DNA from: Takakia lepidozioides
Lineage: Eukaryota; Plantae; Bryophyta
Reading direction: 5' to 3'
Length of the DNA stretch: 64,000 bases
Assembly: GCA_030704615.1 (NCBI GenBank)
Contig: JAKLZA010000278.1
Location: forward strand, 95,001-159,000
Positions 24,684 to 38,749 of this stretch are shown one piece after another. How positions within the stretch are numbered: the first letter of the stretch is position 1; the number at the start of each line of letters is the position of its first letter. Under the pieces are notes generated by a model. It was not told where the DNA came from. It ran no database searches and saw only the letters and a list, made by a program, of their open reading frames with translations. Position numbers and translations under genes: made by a program.

Positions 24684-26351
24684 GGCTATGCACACCAGCG
24701 GGGATCTTGCTCTTATCCTAGCCTTCTATAAGGCTAATCACCACAGCTACCCATTTCTTGTCAAACACTGATCAATCAATCTTATCCTCAAGTGAGGCAA
24801 GTAATTGCCCTGCTATTCAGTGCCATGCAGGTCACCTCAGATGTGTGGAATATTTGTTCTTGATGGTTGTTACCTGTTCCCTGTCAACTCTTGCAGCTCT
24901 ACATTATTTCTTCCTCACCCCTACCTTTGTGATCTGTTCATATGGAGCAGCTTCCACCTATCTACGGTCACTGGCATGAGATTATGTTGCAGGATTTTGA
25001 AGTTCTCTTGTTCTGATCAGCAAAATTGTTTTGGGTAATGACTGGGCTGGACAGCTTACATGACGATTGAGTGAAAAGAAAGGCAAGCCCAGTCTTATGC
25101 AAAGTGTAGTTTCAGCAAGTCCCGTCACTTAATTGAAGGAAGTAGAAGTCCCAAGCATTTGAAATAACTTGTAACCAGTGATACCGAATGTGCATGATAG
25201 GTTTTTCATGATCAGCTGAAGGTGGTAGAGTTCAGTACTACTGACGGAAATGAGTAAATGAACACAGCTCGCAGAATGTTGTAGTCGTCGATGGCCTGTA
25301 TCCATGTGTGTTTGATGTCTTCACACTTCTTCTCTCTGGAATGTCATATCATCTCTAGGGTTGATAAAATTCAAGAGTTATTAAGGTTAAAAGCCGAAAT
25401 GCTTCATTGCAATTCCAGTGAAGGTTATCAACCTGGCAAATCTTGGTTTTGAGGAAGCTCAAAAAGCTCTCTCAGAACACTATCCATAAGGCACAGTCTA
25501 TTCCCTGGCAGGAAGGCCTGCTATTTGGCTTGAGGCCCCTGCAGAGGTGGCATATAATCTTATGAAGAGATCGTCATGAATGTGGGTGGGAAGAACTCCA
25601 CTTGTTGTTGGTCCGGTGTATAGCTCAGCAACACTCTGCTCCAACTCTAGACTTAAGATATCAGGGTGTGCCTTCCAATGTGTAGGGATGAAGTGCAGGT
25701 GTGCTGTGTGCTCCTAAACCTGTTGAGCTTAGGTGGTAGAATGAAGATGACAAAATGTCGAACTACTCTATTTTAGACATTCGAGACATTTGTTGTGAGA
25801 CTCCTATCAAGAGCTCAACTCCTCCCACTTATCTACGTTGTAGTCTGTCCAATAGTAACATATGGTGCCTGCACCGGTTGACCTCTGGCCTCTTGCATAA
25901 TGCTTTGCAAATGAGGTGATTCTGAGTCTTGATAGAACATGTCATTAAATGAAAAAGTTTTTCCATGTTTAATTCTAGTGCGTTTTTAAATGAGATACAA
26001 TAGTTCCTGAAGTGGTTGTACTCAAAGAACCATTTAGAATACACTTCCATTTTTGGGCCCTCCAAGGTACATTGTTTTTTGATTTGAAAGACAAGTCTAC
26101 AGGTAGAGTAGCTTCCAATCAAGTCACTTCTTAATGCTACAGGATGCTGAGTTGCAGTGGCTCAGGCAACATGGTGAAGTCAATATTGACTACCAACACT
26201 GGCAATGGGACCCCCTTGACCAGGACAATGGTCCCCATATTTTCTATTTGCTATTGCCAAATGAGGTGGGAGATACTGTCCTTCAACCCTCCTTCCTCTC
26301 AACTTAAGTCGGAATAGTGTTCTCAGTGATTTCTAGCCATGCACTTGTGCC

Positions 26352-29300
26352 TCATGGTCTATTTGTTCTCTTACGCTTCACCCCTACCCCTTTCACCTTG
26401 GTCTCCGTAGATTTTATCACCTCAAATAAGTGCAACAGCATATCCTTCATACTTGCCCTTCGGTTTTTTCTCAAAATTCCAAGCAACTTCAATGACATAG
26501 CGGCCACTAGGATTGTACTCCTCCACCTCTGAGAGTGCATCTGTTACAGTTTTGAGGACCTCAGGACCCAAATCTGTTTTCAGCTTCACAAACCTCTCAT
26601 CATCATAATTGAAACGGCGCTGCAGAACATCACCAAAGCAGTTTCGTTAAGATGCATTTACAGGCAGAAGAGTGGACATCAAACGTTAATGTTTAGGATT
26701 TAACAGCTTCACCCTAACATGAGCACAGTAAAAATGAAACCTGTTCTCGAAAAGAGAGTATCAAAGGGAACATACCTCAAATTTGCCATTCCCCACTTCT
26801 ACTGTTTTGTATGGTACAAAATCATGGTCCCTCAAGAGTGTATCCCACTCACTGGTGGCTAACTGCATACAATATTCCCAGCCATTTTTGTCGAACTTGT
26901 ACTTTTGCTGACAGGGAATCTGCCATGGCTGTGTGTTAAGGTCGCCTGCAAGTTTGATTGCTAACTTATTTGCACAGCCATATTTTTTCAAAATCTGCAG
27001 ACATGTGGGCATTTCACATGTGTAAGTTGCAACCCTATTCTGGATCTGCCATCCACCATAGACTGATCAACACAGGAACTAATAATGCAGCAGATGCCGA
27101 TTGGTTCCCCCATGCAGCAGTGCCAGGGGTAACAAAAGTGATTCTTGATGTGAAAACCAAATTTACATGGTTTAAGGGAGTGTTCACTCACAGTAACAGC
27201 CACCTTTCGGGCCTCTTCCAATTCATTGGTGATTTCCCGCTCCTTCGTTGTTAGAACGTTCACCAAGTCGTTTTGATCATCTACTACCTCCTCTTTGTGG
27301 ATTTGAGCTGCTCTTCAAGCTCCTGAATTTGTCTTTTGTGTTCTTCAATGTCTTTAACGGCTTCCCTGCCCTTCTCAATCTCCAACATCTCAGCAACCCG
27401 CTGACTCTCTAGCTCACGCGTTTGTTTGGCAGCCAGTTTCTTCCGTTGCCCTTGCATCTGCATCTCCAACTTCTTGCACTCTTCCTGCAGTTATTTGTCC
27501 GGAAAGAGTTCTAAATCAATGCTAGGATGTGAAGGCCGCTCATAGTCCCATTGGTGCAATCTAGTTGACCAAGTTTTACCTTGGAGGTTTGCAAGGCCCT
27601 ACATATGCAACCCTGTCTGGGTAGACCCTTTAATTCTTTGAACAAAGGTTGATATTTGGTGTGATCCACCAGGCTGTTTATTGGAAGCTGCCCCTGCATA
27701 CACCCATATGGAGAGGCTAGGAAAGGAAGTGAGACATGAGAGCATACCTCATGCTTCTTTATCAGCTGCTTTTGCTGCATTTGCTGCTGCTTATGTTTCT
27801 CTGCCTGTTGGGTCACCATCTCCAATTTTCCTTTGTGCCTACGACAATCGAGCAACCATATAATCCCTCTCATGGCTACAATCGAGCATCAGGAATGAGC
27901 AGGTGAAGAAAGATCGCAAAACATTTAACGGTTGCACGTTTTATGGTAAAATGACTGACCCCACCAAACACATTTTGCCACACAAATACGCAAGTTACCT
28001 CTTTTCTTTCTGTGGCATGGTGTATTCGCTCAGCCTCATTCTGTTGTTTCATCAGCTTCTCTGTCTCCTGTAGCTGTTCACACTGGAGTTCTAGATCCTT
28101 CATTTTTCCTTCCAAGGAGCGACGATGCTCCAGCATGGCATGGTTGTGGATCTCTGCAGCCCTCTGAGCTGATGCCTGTAACTCCATGCTCTGTGTAACC
28201 CCACACCATGCCATGTTTCAATAAAGTCATGCAGCCCTTGCAACAGTGAGTCCCATAGTTTCTATCTGGTAGAATTTGGTCTAAGCGAAGCCTGGTTCTG
28301 ACATGCATTTCTATGGAGACACTGCCAGGAAAGTAAAGTTTTTGACGGTGACCAAGCTGCTGGAGATCTGAGTCACACAAACACATGTACAATGAAAAAG
28401 GAAAAAATCCAAAGAGATCCACATTGCCACATACCGCCGACAGAACCCTCATTGCAGCTTACTTCTTTTCAAATCGTTTCCAAAGAGGTTCTCTCGAGGT
28501 CCACCAATTCAGAATTAAGTACCAGAGAACTTCCAAGGTGTTACCTGCCTCAATTGTGTTAAGCACCTTCCAAGTCAACACTTTGTACAAAAAGAGCTTA
28601 AGATCTGGCCAGCACACATTAAGAGCACTCAATTTCTTGTTTCCAATCTAGGCCAAAGGCAGCTGCCTCAAGGCTTAGCCAGAGATTGTATTTCCTCGGC
28701 CACTGCCACTAGAAGGGGTTTATGGTACGTGAACACTGTCTAAGAGAGTGGGATCCTGGTGGCTTAAGCCCACTGGCTGTGACAGGGAGTCAATTGAACT
28801 CTTGAGCTTCTGGTGATTGGAAATATCCAATATTGGGTGGCATGTCTGACTCACCTAGCTTGTGCTTTTGCTCCAGCGTGGCCTTCTCTCTCTCGTTCTG
28901 CTTCCAATCGCACATTTTCAACGTCTGTTACAATGTTTTGGAGCTCAACAAATTTTCTGTGAGAAGCCTGTATACGCTCCTCCCTCTTGTCCACCGCCTC
29001 CTTTAGATTCTGACATTGCTGCTGCAGCTTCCTCTCGTTTTCCCTGTTCATCATAGCTGCGCTCTTGAAGTCGCTTCTGCAAATAAGCTGATATCTCCTT
29101 GTCACCAAGCTCCACCAGGTCCTGATGAAAGTAACTTGGATTTAATATGCAATTCCAGTACGTCTTTCTGAATGCATTTCTAGACAGCCTGAGATCCTTT
29201 TGACTTCATGCACTATGGCGACTTCCGGAATGAGCATCCTTCATAGATCTTAAGACGAACCTGCTTTGTGACTTGCCACCCATAGAGATTTTTATCCGAT

Positions 29301-30080
29301 TTCTTGGTTGTCCCTCAACCAGTCCTTGCGACCATGATCAACCTCCATAAAACTTCTCTCAAAAGCTTCGGCATCCCAAGGCATCCTCATCACTCCCGAA
29401 TGTAATCAGCGCTTTGCCCATATGGCCATTGCGATCATAAAGTACGACCACAGCATGTGGTTTGTAGTCTGGAACAGCAAGTCATGAAGCCTTGAGCCAC
29501 GGATAGACTCAGACTTGAAGAGGAGCTGCCAGTGCCTAGGTAGCTACACAGTATTCTACATCACAAACTGGCGGCGAAAGTAACAAAATCGTTCATGTAA
29601 GTCAAGAGAGCCACTACCTTGGGATAGAAATTTTACCTTGAATTTCTCTCTTATCTCAGCATTTCCCGGACCTGTCCGGAACCCACTCTCTAGCCGTTCA
29701 CTGTTCTCGATATTCATTAGGATGCCCATCCACGGGTGCACCAGCAAATTCTCCTTCTCTATTCTTCGGGGCACCCTCTGCAAAAGTCGCACCTCCCGCT
29801 CTGCTTGGGGAACAGCCTGCTTGGCAAGGTCCTTCTCTAAGTACCTTTTCAAGGCGCGGTGATTTCCAGTAGCTTCCGGACCTCTCTTCCCCTTACTCAC
29901 ATCAGTCGCATGTGCGTGTATCTCTTTGTACCGATACTCCTGCTTCTTCTTACCAGGAGAGAATGGGCATCTGTAGGTACCATTGGTATTTACCACCCTT
30001 TTGTACCCTGCCCGGATATCCTTGAGGGCCTCCACCTCATATTGTTCAATCTCCTCATCAGAGCCCTCATCATCAGACAT
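26352..30080 (-). CDS. IDN2/FDM-family protein (zf-XS, XS, coiled-coil, XH), RNA-directed DNA methylation factor
   Basis: YRCPFSPGKKKQEYRYKEIHAHA...NHRALKRYL; LVHPWMGIL; coiled-coil exons; XH: EWDTLLRDHDFVPYKTV...EVEEYNPSGRY...WNF...ASMKD. Confidence 0.9.
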
Positions 30081-31439
30081 TATCTCTGCGGCACAAGTGG
30101 CACACCAACATCAAAGATCAGTTCCTCGGCTTTGAAGCAACAATCTGTACTGGGGAAGAGGGCTGCAGCAGCAGTCCTGATATCGATAGTAACATGCTTT
30201 CTCTAGTTTTATTTGGTTGCAAGCTCTTCAATTAACACTCACTTACCTGTACATAACTGTATTGCAGTTGCCTCTGCCTGGTCCATTTCTTGCTGAATTA
30301 TGTCCTTGTCAGCACCAAGAGGACAAATGTAACCAGGTATGTTATATGCATGCACAGCAGAGATGACACGAGCATCGCTCAAATTAAACGGATAGAACTG
30401 TATTTGCTTAAGATGTTTTCCAGTGGAAGGAATTAAATTGCATTAAACACTTCCAATCGCAATGTGGAAATACCAGAGAGTAGAACCTGCAAAGGTGATG
30501 CGATTGTTTTCACAACACGTCCCGCTTGCAATCTTTCAGAGAAAACACCCTTGGAAGAATCCGCAATGCAGCAATCCCGACAACCAAGGCGCAGACGTTG
30601 CAATTTGAAAACCAAGCGAGCACTTGCAAGAACAAGGAGACACCCTCTGAAACGCGGTAGTCTGGGAGATTGTGGAGATGGAAGAAGGGTGATGGGTAGA
30701 GAGAGAGGAGAGACTGGAGCTCCAGTTACTTGTAAGAAGGGCCACCAGACTCTCCCTCTCTCGTTCCTTCCTCGGTGCACGAGACACTCTCATGACCCGC
30801 GGTTCGGATCCTAACCCTGGTTAAAGTATTGGTCCCGTCATCTGCTGCCCCTTCCCTCCTTTGAGTGCTCTGGGAAGTGGTTGTGGGTTCAATCCACTGA
30901 TTGGTGTCACAGAGGTGTCCACCTTCCTGCTGGAAGGCAGTAGCCCTTGGGGTCAAGAGACACCATAATTGCGCTTCCTCATATCTCTCTCTGCTTGGAG
31001 GTGCTCTCTGTGAGAGAGACGTTGCAAGTTGAAGTCATGGAGAAAATGGTCAAAGGGTGTGTTGTGCCGAGTTATGTCCCTTATGTTTGCCAAAGCAAGA
31101 GAGCATCACCGTTTAGGCTTGTTACATGTGATGGTCAGTTGCCATGTAGTATGGCACCTATTTTTTTTTATTTTTTTTTAATTAACATATCAGTTTTTTA
31201 CTTTTTTACTAACCGCCGGTTCGGATTACAAATTTTGGAAATCTAATACCAGCCGGTTCAAGTTATTAAACAATTTTAATATTTTCATACCCGTCGGTTA
31301 TCAATAGTGTAAGAAATTTTGAACTTACAGGTTATCAATAGCTCCGTTTTGTTTGTTTTGTTTTGTTTCTTGTTTTTTTCTTAATTTTAAAATAATAATT
31401 ACTATTTTTTTAAATTTTAGATAACAGGGACGGAGCCCT

Positions 31440-33700
31440 GAGAACTTTATTAAATGATTATTTAAGGGAAAAAAAATTAAAACCCTTTAAATGCCCACAG
31501 GTTGCCATAAGGCATAACACACGGAGGACCGTGCAGGATAGGTTCGGGACCATAACCGAGAGAGGACTCTCGAATGAACTGCATTTAGAACCCACAGGGA
31601 CTCGATGCCTTTTCTAAAACTAGAGGACCTTGGTAAGATCCGCCAGAAACCATTATCCGTAACGGAGGTAGGACTGGACCTACGATAGTGGACAAAACTG
31701 AGAACAGGGAAGCAAAAGGATGGTGAGGGTGCATGGAGGAGGCTGGGAGAGCGGGAGAATAGCAGGACGAATCTCTGATGGCTAATTGCTTGCCCTGGAG
31801 AGCACCAAGAGTCTATCTGTGGAAATGAAGACGAGTTGTTGAACCTGCTCTAATATGCCTCCAATTTATCTCTGTTCTGTCAAATTATGGGGAGGCTGAA
31901 GAGGTGACTCCTACTTCCTTGCCAACAGGAGGGGATTGAATCTGCCCAAAGACAGGTGAGGCAAATGAGTCCGTGCTTGCCCCATGTTGCTCTGAAGGTA
32001 TGGATGAGAGAGGGTTGTCTTTGTGGCTTCCTCTTGACTGTTGCACATAGCACTGCCCAAGCTTTTTTAGCAGCAACAATAAGATCAAAGAACACCATAG
32101 AAAGAATAGCTGAAGCAGATGTGTTCTCATTGTCTAGAGCCCAGGCACATCGTCTTTTCCATAGGTTCCAGAGGACGGAACTACGCAGAGCATCAAATAC
32201 CGAGCAGTGGGAGGCAATTGTTTTGAGTCAGACTGTAGTTGAGAAGGATAGCTACTGGATCAGCAGGCATTTGGTCCCAAGTCCTGTAGAAGGAACATAC
32301 CAATGGCCAAATCTTTGATGGGGCCAGGCAGTGTAGCAGACAATGCTCCAAAGTTTCTAGCAATTGGTTGTTGCAACATCTACAGAGCAGAGCCTCAGGG
32401 AAGTTCAATAGTGTGGCCCACTTTAAGCACCCTATTAGCTACCTGCCATAAGAAGGCACTTAATTTCGCCGGTTTCGACTTGCTCCAGACAACTGACCAT
32501 ATATCTTTCCAGTTCTCTTGATCAAAGTTCACATGGCTCCATTTTGTATCCCATTTGGAGTTTAGAGGCCTAGCAGCCAGCATTGCCCTATATCCCTTCT
32601 TTGCCGTATATGAAAAGAAGGGCTCTAGCTCCTCCTCAAAAGACCAAGACCCTTCCGCCGGGTCCAATTGGAGGCCGGAGGCTATATCCGAATTCCCCAT
32701 CAGGATAAAAGCCTGTGTCTTGAGCCAAGCAAGAATGGAGGTACCCATGGTGCCTTGGGGTTGAAGGGTTTACCCGGGTCCGACCATTGACAGATCCGGA
32801 CAGGGCAGTACTGGCTGCAGTACGAGCTGGTGAGGATATAGGGCTAGCTGTGATGAGCGAGAGGCATCCAGTTGTGCCATCAGCCTGGAATGAGAACCCT
32901 GAAATGGTGGAGATTGTGACATCTGAAATATAGAGAATATGGTTGGGAATGGAAGAGTCAGGCAAAATCCACTGATGAGGACTAGGGAGTCCAGGGCCGT
33001 CTTTAAGAATCTGCTTCCAGGAGTCAGGTATTGATTGAATTATGTGGTTTATGCCCCAACGTAGGCGGAGGGTTCCTAAAGCTTTGCTGAAGGGATTGCG
33101 GAGTGCTAAACCATAGGTCTTTAATCGAGAAAAACCTTCTTGACTCCCACACCGCCCAACGCTTTGCTGCCCGACGTTCATCCCTATCCGGGTTTCGAAG
33201 ATTTAGAAAGAGGCTTTGTCTTTGAGTTTCTTGAAAGGTGGTTGGCTGCAGTTTTCTAAGAAAGGGCCTGAGGCTGCTCCATGATCTCCAGATGGAAGAC
33301 CATAGGGGGGAGCCTGCGGATTTGTGACCAAACCCTTGGACAATCCAGCGAGTAGATTGTGACCAGAGGATTGAGGTCGATGGCGAGGAGGAGCAGATGG
33401 ATGGGGTGACCATGAATTTCCACCAGCCTCCCTCTGGTCCTAGGTATCTTGGGAGCCACTTACCTAAAAGCGCTTTGATTTGAGTCTATGGGTCAAGGAC
33501 ACCTAAGCCGCCCATCTTTTTGGGAAGGCAAATCTGTTCCCAAGAGACCTGTGGCTTTTTGTTCTGGGTAGTAGAGGCAGCCCCCCAGATGAAGTTCCTG
33601 ATCAACCTTGTAATCTCCTTAATTATTTTGTTGTTGGCCCCCATGTAGACGCAAAATACCAGATGCCCCGCTAGGATGATTTGATTGGCAACCAGGGCTC
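31440..33700 (-). mobile_element. L1-type LINE, 3' part of ORF2 (zf-RVT), 5'-truncated
   Basis: ICLPKKMGGLGVLD; KPAKLSAFLWQVANRVL...CRCC...ETLEHCLLHC; AATAAA near 31445. Confidence 0.88.
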
Positions 33701-33764
33701 TTCATCGATGGAAAGATGGCACGAGCCCCAGTAAGAAAGCTAGTGCTTGAGTCTTTTCACCGTG

Positions 33765-34298
33765 GCTTGTGTCGTGCGCATACATATCGCTACACAACTA
33801 CATCGCTGTCCAAACCACACCACACATATATGCACAATAAAGTAGTCTGCCACAATGATAAACAAGCTAAAAAGGACACACACTCTCACACAAATATGAA
33901 ATCCATCGCTATCACTCTTTAAAATAGAAAGTCGAGCCAGGGGCACCCCACGCTATGGGGACTCCACCCCACAACAACACACTCCCATCATAAGCACACT
34001 CAGATCTAAACGCATGAAGGAGCTCGGTCGCGCAGGCTCAACTCAAGAGAGATGAGCTGCGCGACTGCCGCTCTCGTGAAGATAAGACGGACCAGGTGTG
34101 TCAAACTAAACTTGACACCTGATTTAACACTTGACCTAAATCCAAGTGTTAAATACAAATAACTAGTTTTATTCTAGCTGTTTTCACACTGTGCTTATTT
34201 AACTTGACAGCTGTCGTGCGCATACATATCGCTACACAACTACATCGTTGTCCAAACCACACCACACATATATGCACAATAAAGTAGTCTGCCACAAT
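33765..34298. repeat. ~90-bp direct duplication within the 3' LTR region (33765-33857, 34211-34298)
   Basis: tgtcgtgcgcatacatatcgctacacaactacatcg...agtagtctgccacaat occurs twice. Confidence 0.8.
34099..34209. mobile_element. Small MITE-like insertion
   Basis: Termini TGTCAAACTAAA / TTTAACTTGACA, AT-rich interior; no TSD seen. Confidence 0.4.
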
Positions 34299-34555
34299 CG
34301 CCCCCCTAGCTGGTGGATAGGTCCCTCTACCTCCAGATAGCTACAAGACGTAATAGCCATAGCCGTACTAAGTCCGCTATCACTGTCCCTATCGTACTCA
34401 AACTCTATAGACCAAGAGGCCGGGTACAAGAGTAGCCCCATCGTTAGTCGTCGTCTTGCAATCTGTGAACTTGAGCCAGGACTTCGTGTATTCAAGGTCT
34501 CCTGTAGCTGGGCCTTGCGTTGCTTGTTAGCCTCCCATGGTTGTATCCACTCCCA

Positions 34556-35886
34556 CTATCCAATGCATTGTGGACATAACCAATCCCCATCTGGAACCAT
34601 CTCAAGAGGTGGAGTCAAGCACCCCATATGCCAACCTCTAGAGCATCGATCACACACCAACATGGTGGCTGCCCCTTTAGCAGACCCACACAACATGCAC
34701 CTCAAACCTGCAGATACCACTGCCAGGTTTGGGTCAATCCTGCCATCGACATTCAAAAGGTGACATGGCGCACAATTACGCACATGGTCCTTCCAAGTTA
34801 TGCCATCCCGACCCTCCAAGACCAAGACGCCTGAGGGCAAGACCTCTCGAACCCTCAAAATAACACGTCCTGCAGTCACATCCAGGGTCGTAGGAGCAGT
34901 CTGCTGCAGATAGACATAGTCACCAGGGTTGAATCTCCGAACCCCAGGACGATAGCCCCACCACGTATGGTAGCATACCTCAACGTATCACGGTGTTGTG
35001 CAATGGCAAGGTTCTCGAAAGCCATGGCATGACTCTCTTGAACAACTCTGCACGCTGCTCACACGCACGTGCCCACACGTCCGGATCGTCAAGGTTAAGA
35101 ACTGTAGCAGCTTCTCTGCGAATGGATGTAGGCAAATCCGGCTCTCGCCAAAGAGAAGAAAGTATGGTGAGAAGGAGGCAAGCGATGTTTGCTTGCTGAA
35201 CCTGTAGCCCATGGCTAACCAGGGTAACTGAAGGTCCCAATCTCCTAGGTGTCCCTTCTGCAAGCCATACTTGCGCAAACCCCTCTTTACTGTCTGAACA
35301 ACTCTCTCTGCCAAGCCATCGGCCTCAGGATGATCCCGAGAAGTGGTGCGGTGGTCTATCAAGGCCTTGTCACACAAAGCCTGAAACTCCCCCAAGAACT
35401 CTCTCCTTGGTCCGTGAGTACCTCAGCTGGAGCACCGAATCGGCTAAGCACACAATCCAAGAATGCATACGCAGCTCCCTCACTAGCCTTATCAGGCAAT
35501 GGAACCAATTCAATCCACTTGGAGAAGTGCTCCACCATCACCAACACGTACTTGTTGTGGCGCATGGTCAGTGGCAACGGCCCTGCGAAGTCAAGACTCC
35601 ACCTGTAGCCCAATCCCATGATCGGAAGAGGGTACAATTGTGGAGTAGGGGCGTTGAATGAAGCACGCACCTTGTCACACACCATGCACCTAGCCACAAA
35701 TTGTTGCACCTCTGTGTGCATACCACGCCACCAATACTGCCCCTGCAGTAGGCTATGGGTGCGTCGCACCCCAAAATGCCCCAACTCCTCGTGGGCATGC
35801 CGCACTAACCGTGCCCGCTGTGTTGGGTGAGGCACAATCCTCACTCGACCATCCTCCCACACTCGGAGCAGGTGTGTCCCTCCCAC
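34556..35886 (-). CDS. Gypsy integrase with C-terminal PHD finger (frameshifted)
   Basis: HEELGHFG...CMVC; WSLDFAGP; VLTDQG; DGLAER; PHD CMLC...MLVCDRCSRGWHMGCLTPPL..VPDGDWLCPQC. Confidence 0.93.
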
Positions 35887-35932
35887 TTGAACCTCTTGGC
35901 TCGTTGTAGGATCCGATCCCTCTCCTTGGCAG

Positions 35933-37520
35933 TCACAGTGGCTGCCGTGTCTCCAGTGCGGAGGTAGTCCAACACAACTGAATCCTCATGTATATCTTTG
36001 GCGCCACCTTGCTCATTGCTGGCCTCGGGTCCTCAGACACTTGATCTACAGTCATCCCTGTTGCAGGTCCAACCTGGCCTTCCGCTGCCAAGATACATAG
36101 AAATGCAGATACATGCCATCCGGGCACCATCTCCTCGTCCGTCTCACCATGCCACCGAGCTCCAGTGTCATCCTGCTGGCCCGTGCATGGATTGCGACTC
36201 AACCCATCTGCATTGCGATTGACCAAACCCGGTCGATGCACCACCTGAAAGTCATACTCTTGAACGATGAGTGCCCACCATGCAAGCTTCCCCGTAAGCT
36301 TGTCTGACTCCATCAACCACTTGAGTGGTTGGTGATCCGTGATAAGGGTGAAGAGATTGCCGTATAGATAGCACCTGAAGTGTGCCACGGCCCACACTGC
36401 AGCTAAGCATTCTCCCTCATATGAGCTATACTTAGACTCTGCAGCATTGTTCGAGCGGCTAGCATAAGCCACTACGAACTCTCTTCCCTCATCATCCACC
36501 TGTGTGAGCACCGCTCCAAGCCCCAGCATGCTCCAATCTGTATGCAGGAAAAGGACGTCCCCTGATAGGTCGTCTCAAGATGGGCGCCGAGGTCAACCTC
36601 GCCTTGAGCTCTTGAAAAGCTTGTTCTTGCTCATCTTCCCATTGCCACTCCTGGTCCACCTTGGTCAGCTTGGTTAGAGCCTTTGCAATGGCACTAAATC
36701 CCTTAACAAACCGTCTGTAATAGTTTGCTAACCCCATGAAAGCTCGAACTCGGCTCACATCCGTGGGGCGTGGAACCTGTGCAATGGACTCTACCTTAGT
36801 CTGTTGTACCCCCAATCCTCCAGGATATATCATGTGACCCAGATACTCAATCTGGTTGTGGAAAAACTTGCACTTGCCCGGATGTAACTTCAATCCGTGC
36901 GTCCTCAAGCGCTCAAATACCCCTGAAGGTGTCTCTCATGCTCCTCCACCGTAGCACTAAAGATGATGTCATCTATGTAGCACCGAGCAAACTCCACCCC
37001 TGCTAGAATCATGTCCATGACTCTTTGAAACTCAGCGGGAGCGTTTTTAAGCCCAAATGGTAAGAACCGCCACTGGTATAGGCAATCCTTCCCGTGCTCA
37101 TTGATCCCCCAGAATGCCGTCTTTTGCTTATCCGCCTCCTTGATCGGCAACTGGTGATATCCGGATCGTAAATCCAACGTGCTAAAGACCTTGGAATGCC
37201 CAATGGCATCAAAGATCTCCTCTGGTGTCGGCATGGCATATCTATCGGACTTGGTCTGACGATTTACAGGCCGGTATCACCGCACATACGTCTCTCCGTC
37301 CAATTGCCATAGACATCCTTCTTGGCTGGCATCACTGTGGCTGAAGCATACTCTCCACCAGAGAGCTCCACCAAACCTGCCTCCCAGAGATCTTGAGTCC
37401 TCATCTGAATCAAAGACCTCTCCCATGTCACTGTATCTATAGGGTCTCCGAAATATTGGCGTGTCAGTGGCCAACTCAATACGGATCTCTTGACCCTTCA
37501 GTGCTCCCAAGTCCTTCAAA
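35933..37520 (-). CDS. Gypsy reverse transcriptase and RNase H (frameshifted)
   Basis: LDLRSGYHQ, PFGLKNAPAEFQR, YIDDI, GLANYYRRFV, ITDHQPLKWL, NADGLSR. Confidence 0.95.
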
Positions 37521-37999
37521 CTGAAGGCAAAGCAATTCCTGTAAGCCCTCAGGAACCGCCGTATACGTTGTCTCTCTCCTCCGGTGACAATGGGTCCAAT
37601 GTCAGGCTCCCAATTGTCCTCCGTAACTGCAACCTTAAGTCCAGTGGGCTTAGAGGTAGAGGACGCGTCCCGTGGTTGCTATGCTGCAACCTCTTGAGCA
37701 GTACCCCCTTCCTGCTCAGTCAATGACAAGGCCTCATCCTGCCCCATCATCTCATCATTGAGAACCTCCTCAACCCGAGAAGAATCCCCAACCTCATCCA
37801 TCACAGCTGCCTTGGCTGCCAACTCCCTCTGAACCTCGAGCACCTCCCATGTGTGCCATGGATGTCTACACCCCCGTGGTCCTCACCGGCTCGCCCCCAC
37901 TCGCTGCCTGTACCGTCTCGGTAGGCAGAGAGACCATGAAGGGGAGTGCACTCCGCACTCTACGTTGCTCAGCCATAGCCAAGCTGATAATCCAGGTCA

Positions 38000-38749
38000 A
38001 GCAATTGAGATCCATTGGTTGCCCCAACACCTGACGCCGTGATGCCTCAGAAAGAGAAGGCACGCCGTGGTCCCAGTGGAAAACCCCATAGCCCGCTCTC
38101 GCTCGTCGGCATTTGGCTCCACTAACTGCTGCAACTGAGCATCCCACAGGAGGCCAGGTCCACCATCCCCGAAAAGCATGGATCCTGGGAAGCTGAGCAG
38201 TGTAGGTAATGCTGCTCGTGGTTGACCCACCCTGTTGACCACTGCCAAAGGCAAACGGTCATCGTGTCTCACACATTGAGACTGCCTCCCTGTGTCCAAA
38301 ATGCCATCCACGGTGAGGTGTGCTGGCCGCTGCACCCCCATCAAATGCACGCTTGAGCAGTGCGGGTGGCATCAAGTTAGTCCACCATAGCCGTGGACGA
38401 TGAGCCCGTGATCCCCACTGCAGCTGCCAGCAGCACTGCTGACCCAAGCCATGATCGGACTTGATGCACACTGGCCATCACCCTGGCCCGAGAATCGCCC
38501 ATCAGTGGCACATTCTCCAAGATGTATGCTGGCGATACAACTTGATGAAGCTGCAAGTGGCAAAATCCGCACCATCTCCCAAAACAGACCCGTCCTCGAG
38601 TCTCGCAATCCATTGCCATGCCCGGCTGATGAATGCCCTTGGCAGGGCCAACCTGCCACTACCAGATCAATGGAGCCAACCGGCTCCAAATCCGGCGCCC
38701 CAGCAACGAAATGTCTGCTGGCAAGGCTTGTTGGTATCCAACGACGCAA
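38000..38749 (-). CDS. C5-cytosine DNA methyltransferase domain in Gypsy pol; motif I lost at the truncation
   Basis: IDLVVAGWPCQGHSSAG (IV), TGLF (V), YILENV (VI), HRPRLWWTN (VIII), ERERAMGF (IX), RRQVLGQPM (X). Confidence 0.9.

Larger units (their letters stand above)
33700..38747 (-). mobile_element. Gypsy LTR retrotransposon with C5-DNMT and PHD domains, 5'-truncated
   Basis: Domain order DNMT-RT-RNaseH-INT-PHD, then purine tract (34298-34311) and TG-starting 3' LTR at 34296; left LTR border uncertain. Confidence 0.9.

Noticed and set aside
25610-25640. tRNA-like GGTGTATAGCTCAG
   Set aside because: No T-arm GTTC or cloverleaf follows
30433-31246. Short ORFs upstream of the FDM-like gene
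   Set aside because: No recognisable motifs; consistent with 5' UTR exons/introns and promoter
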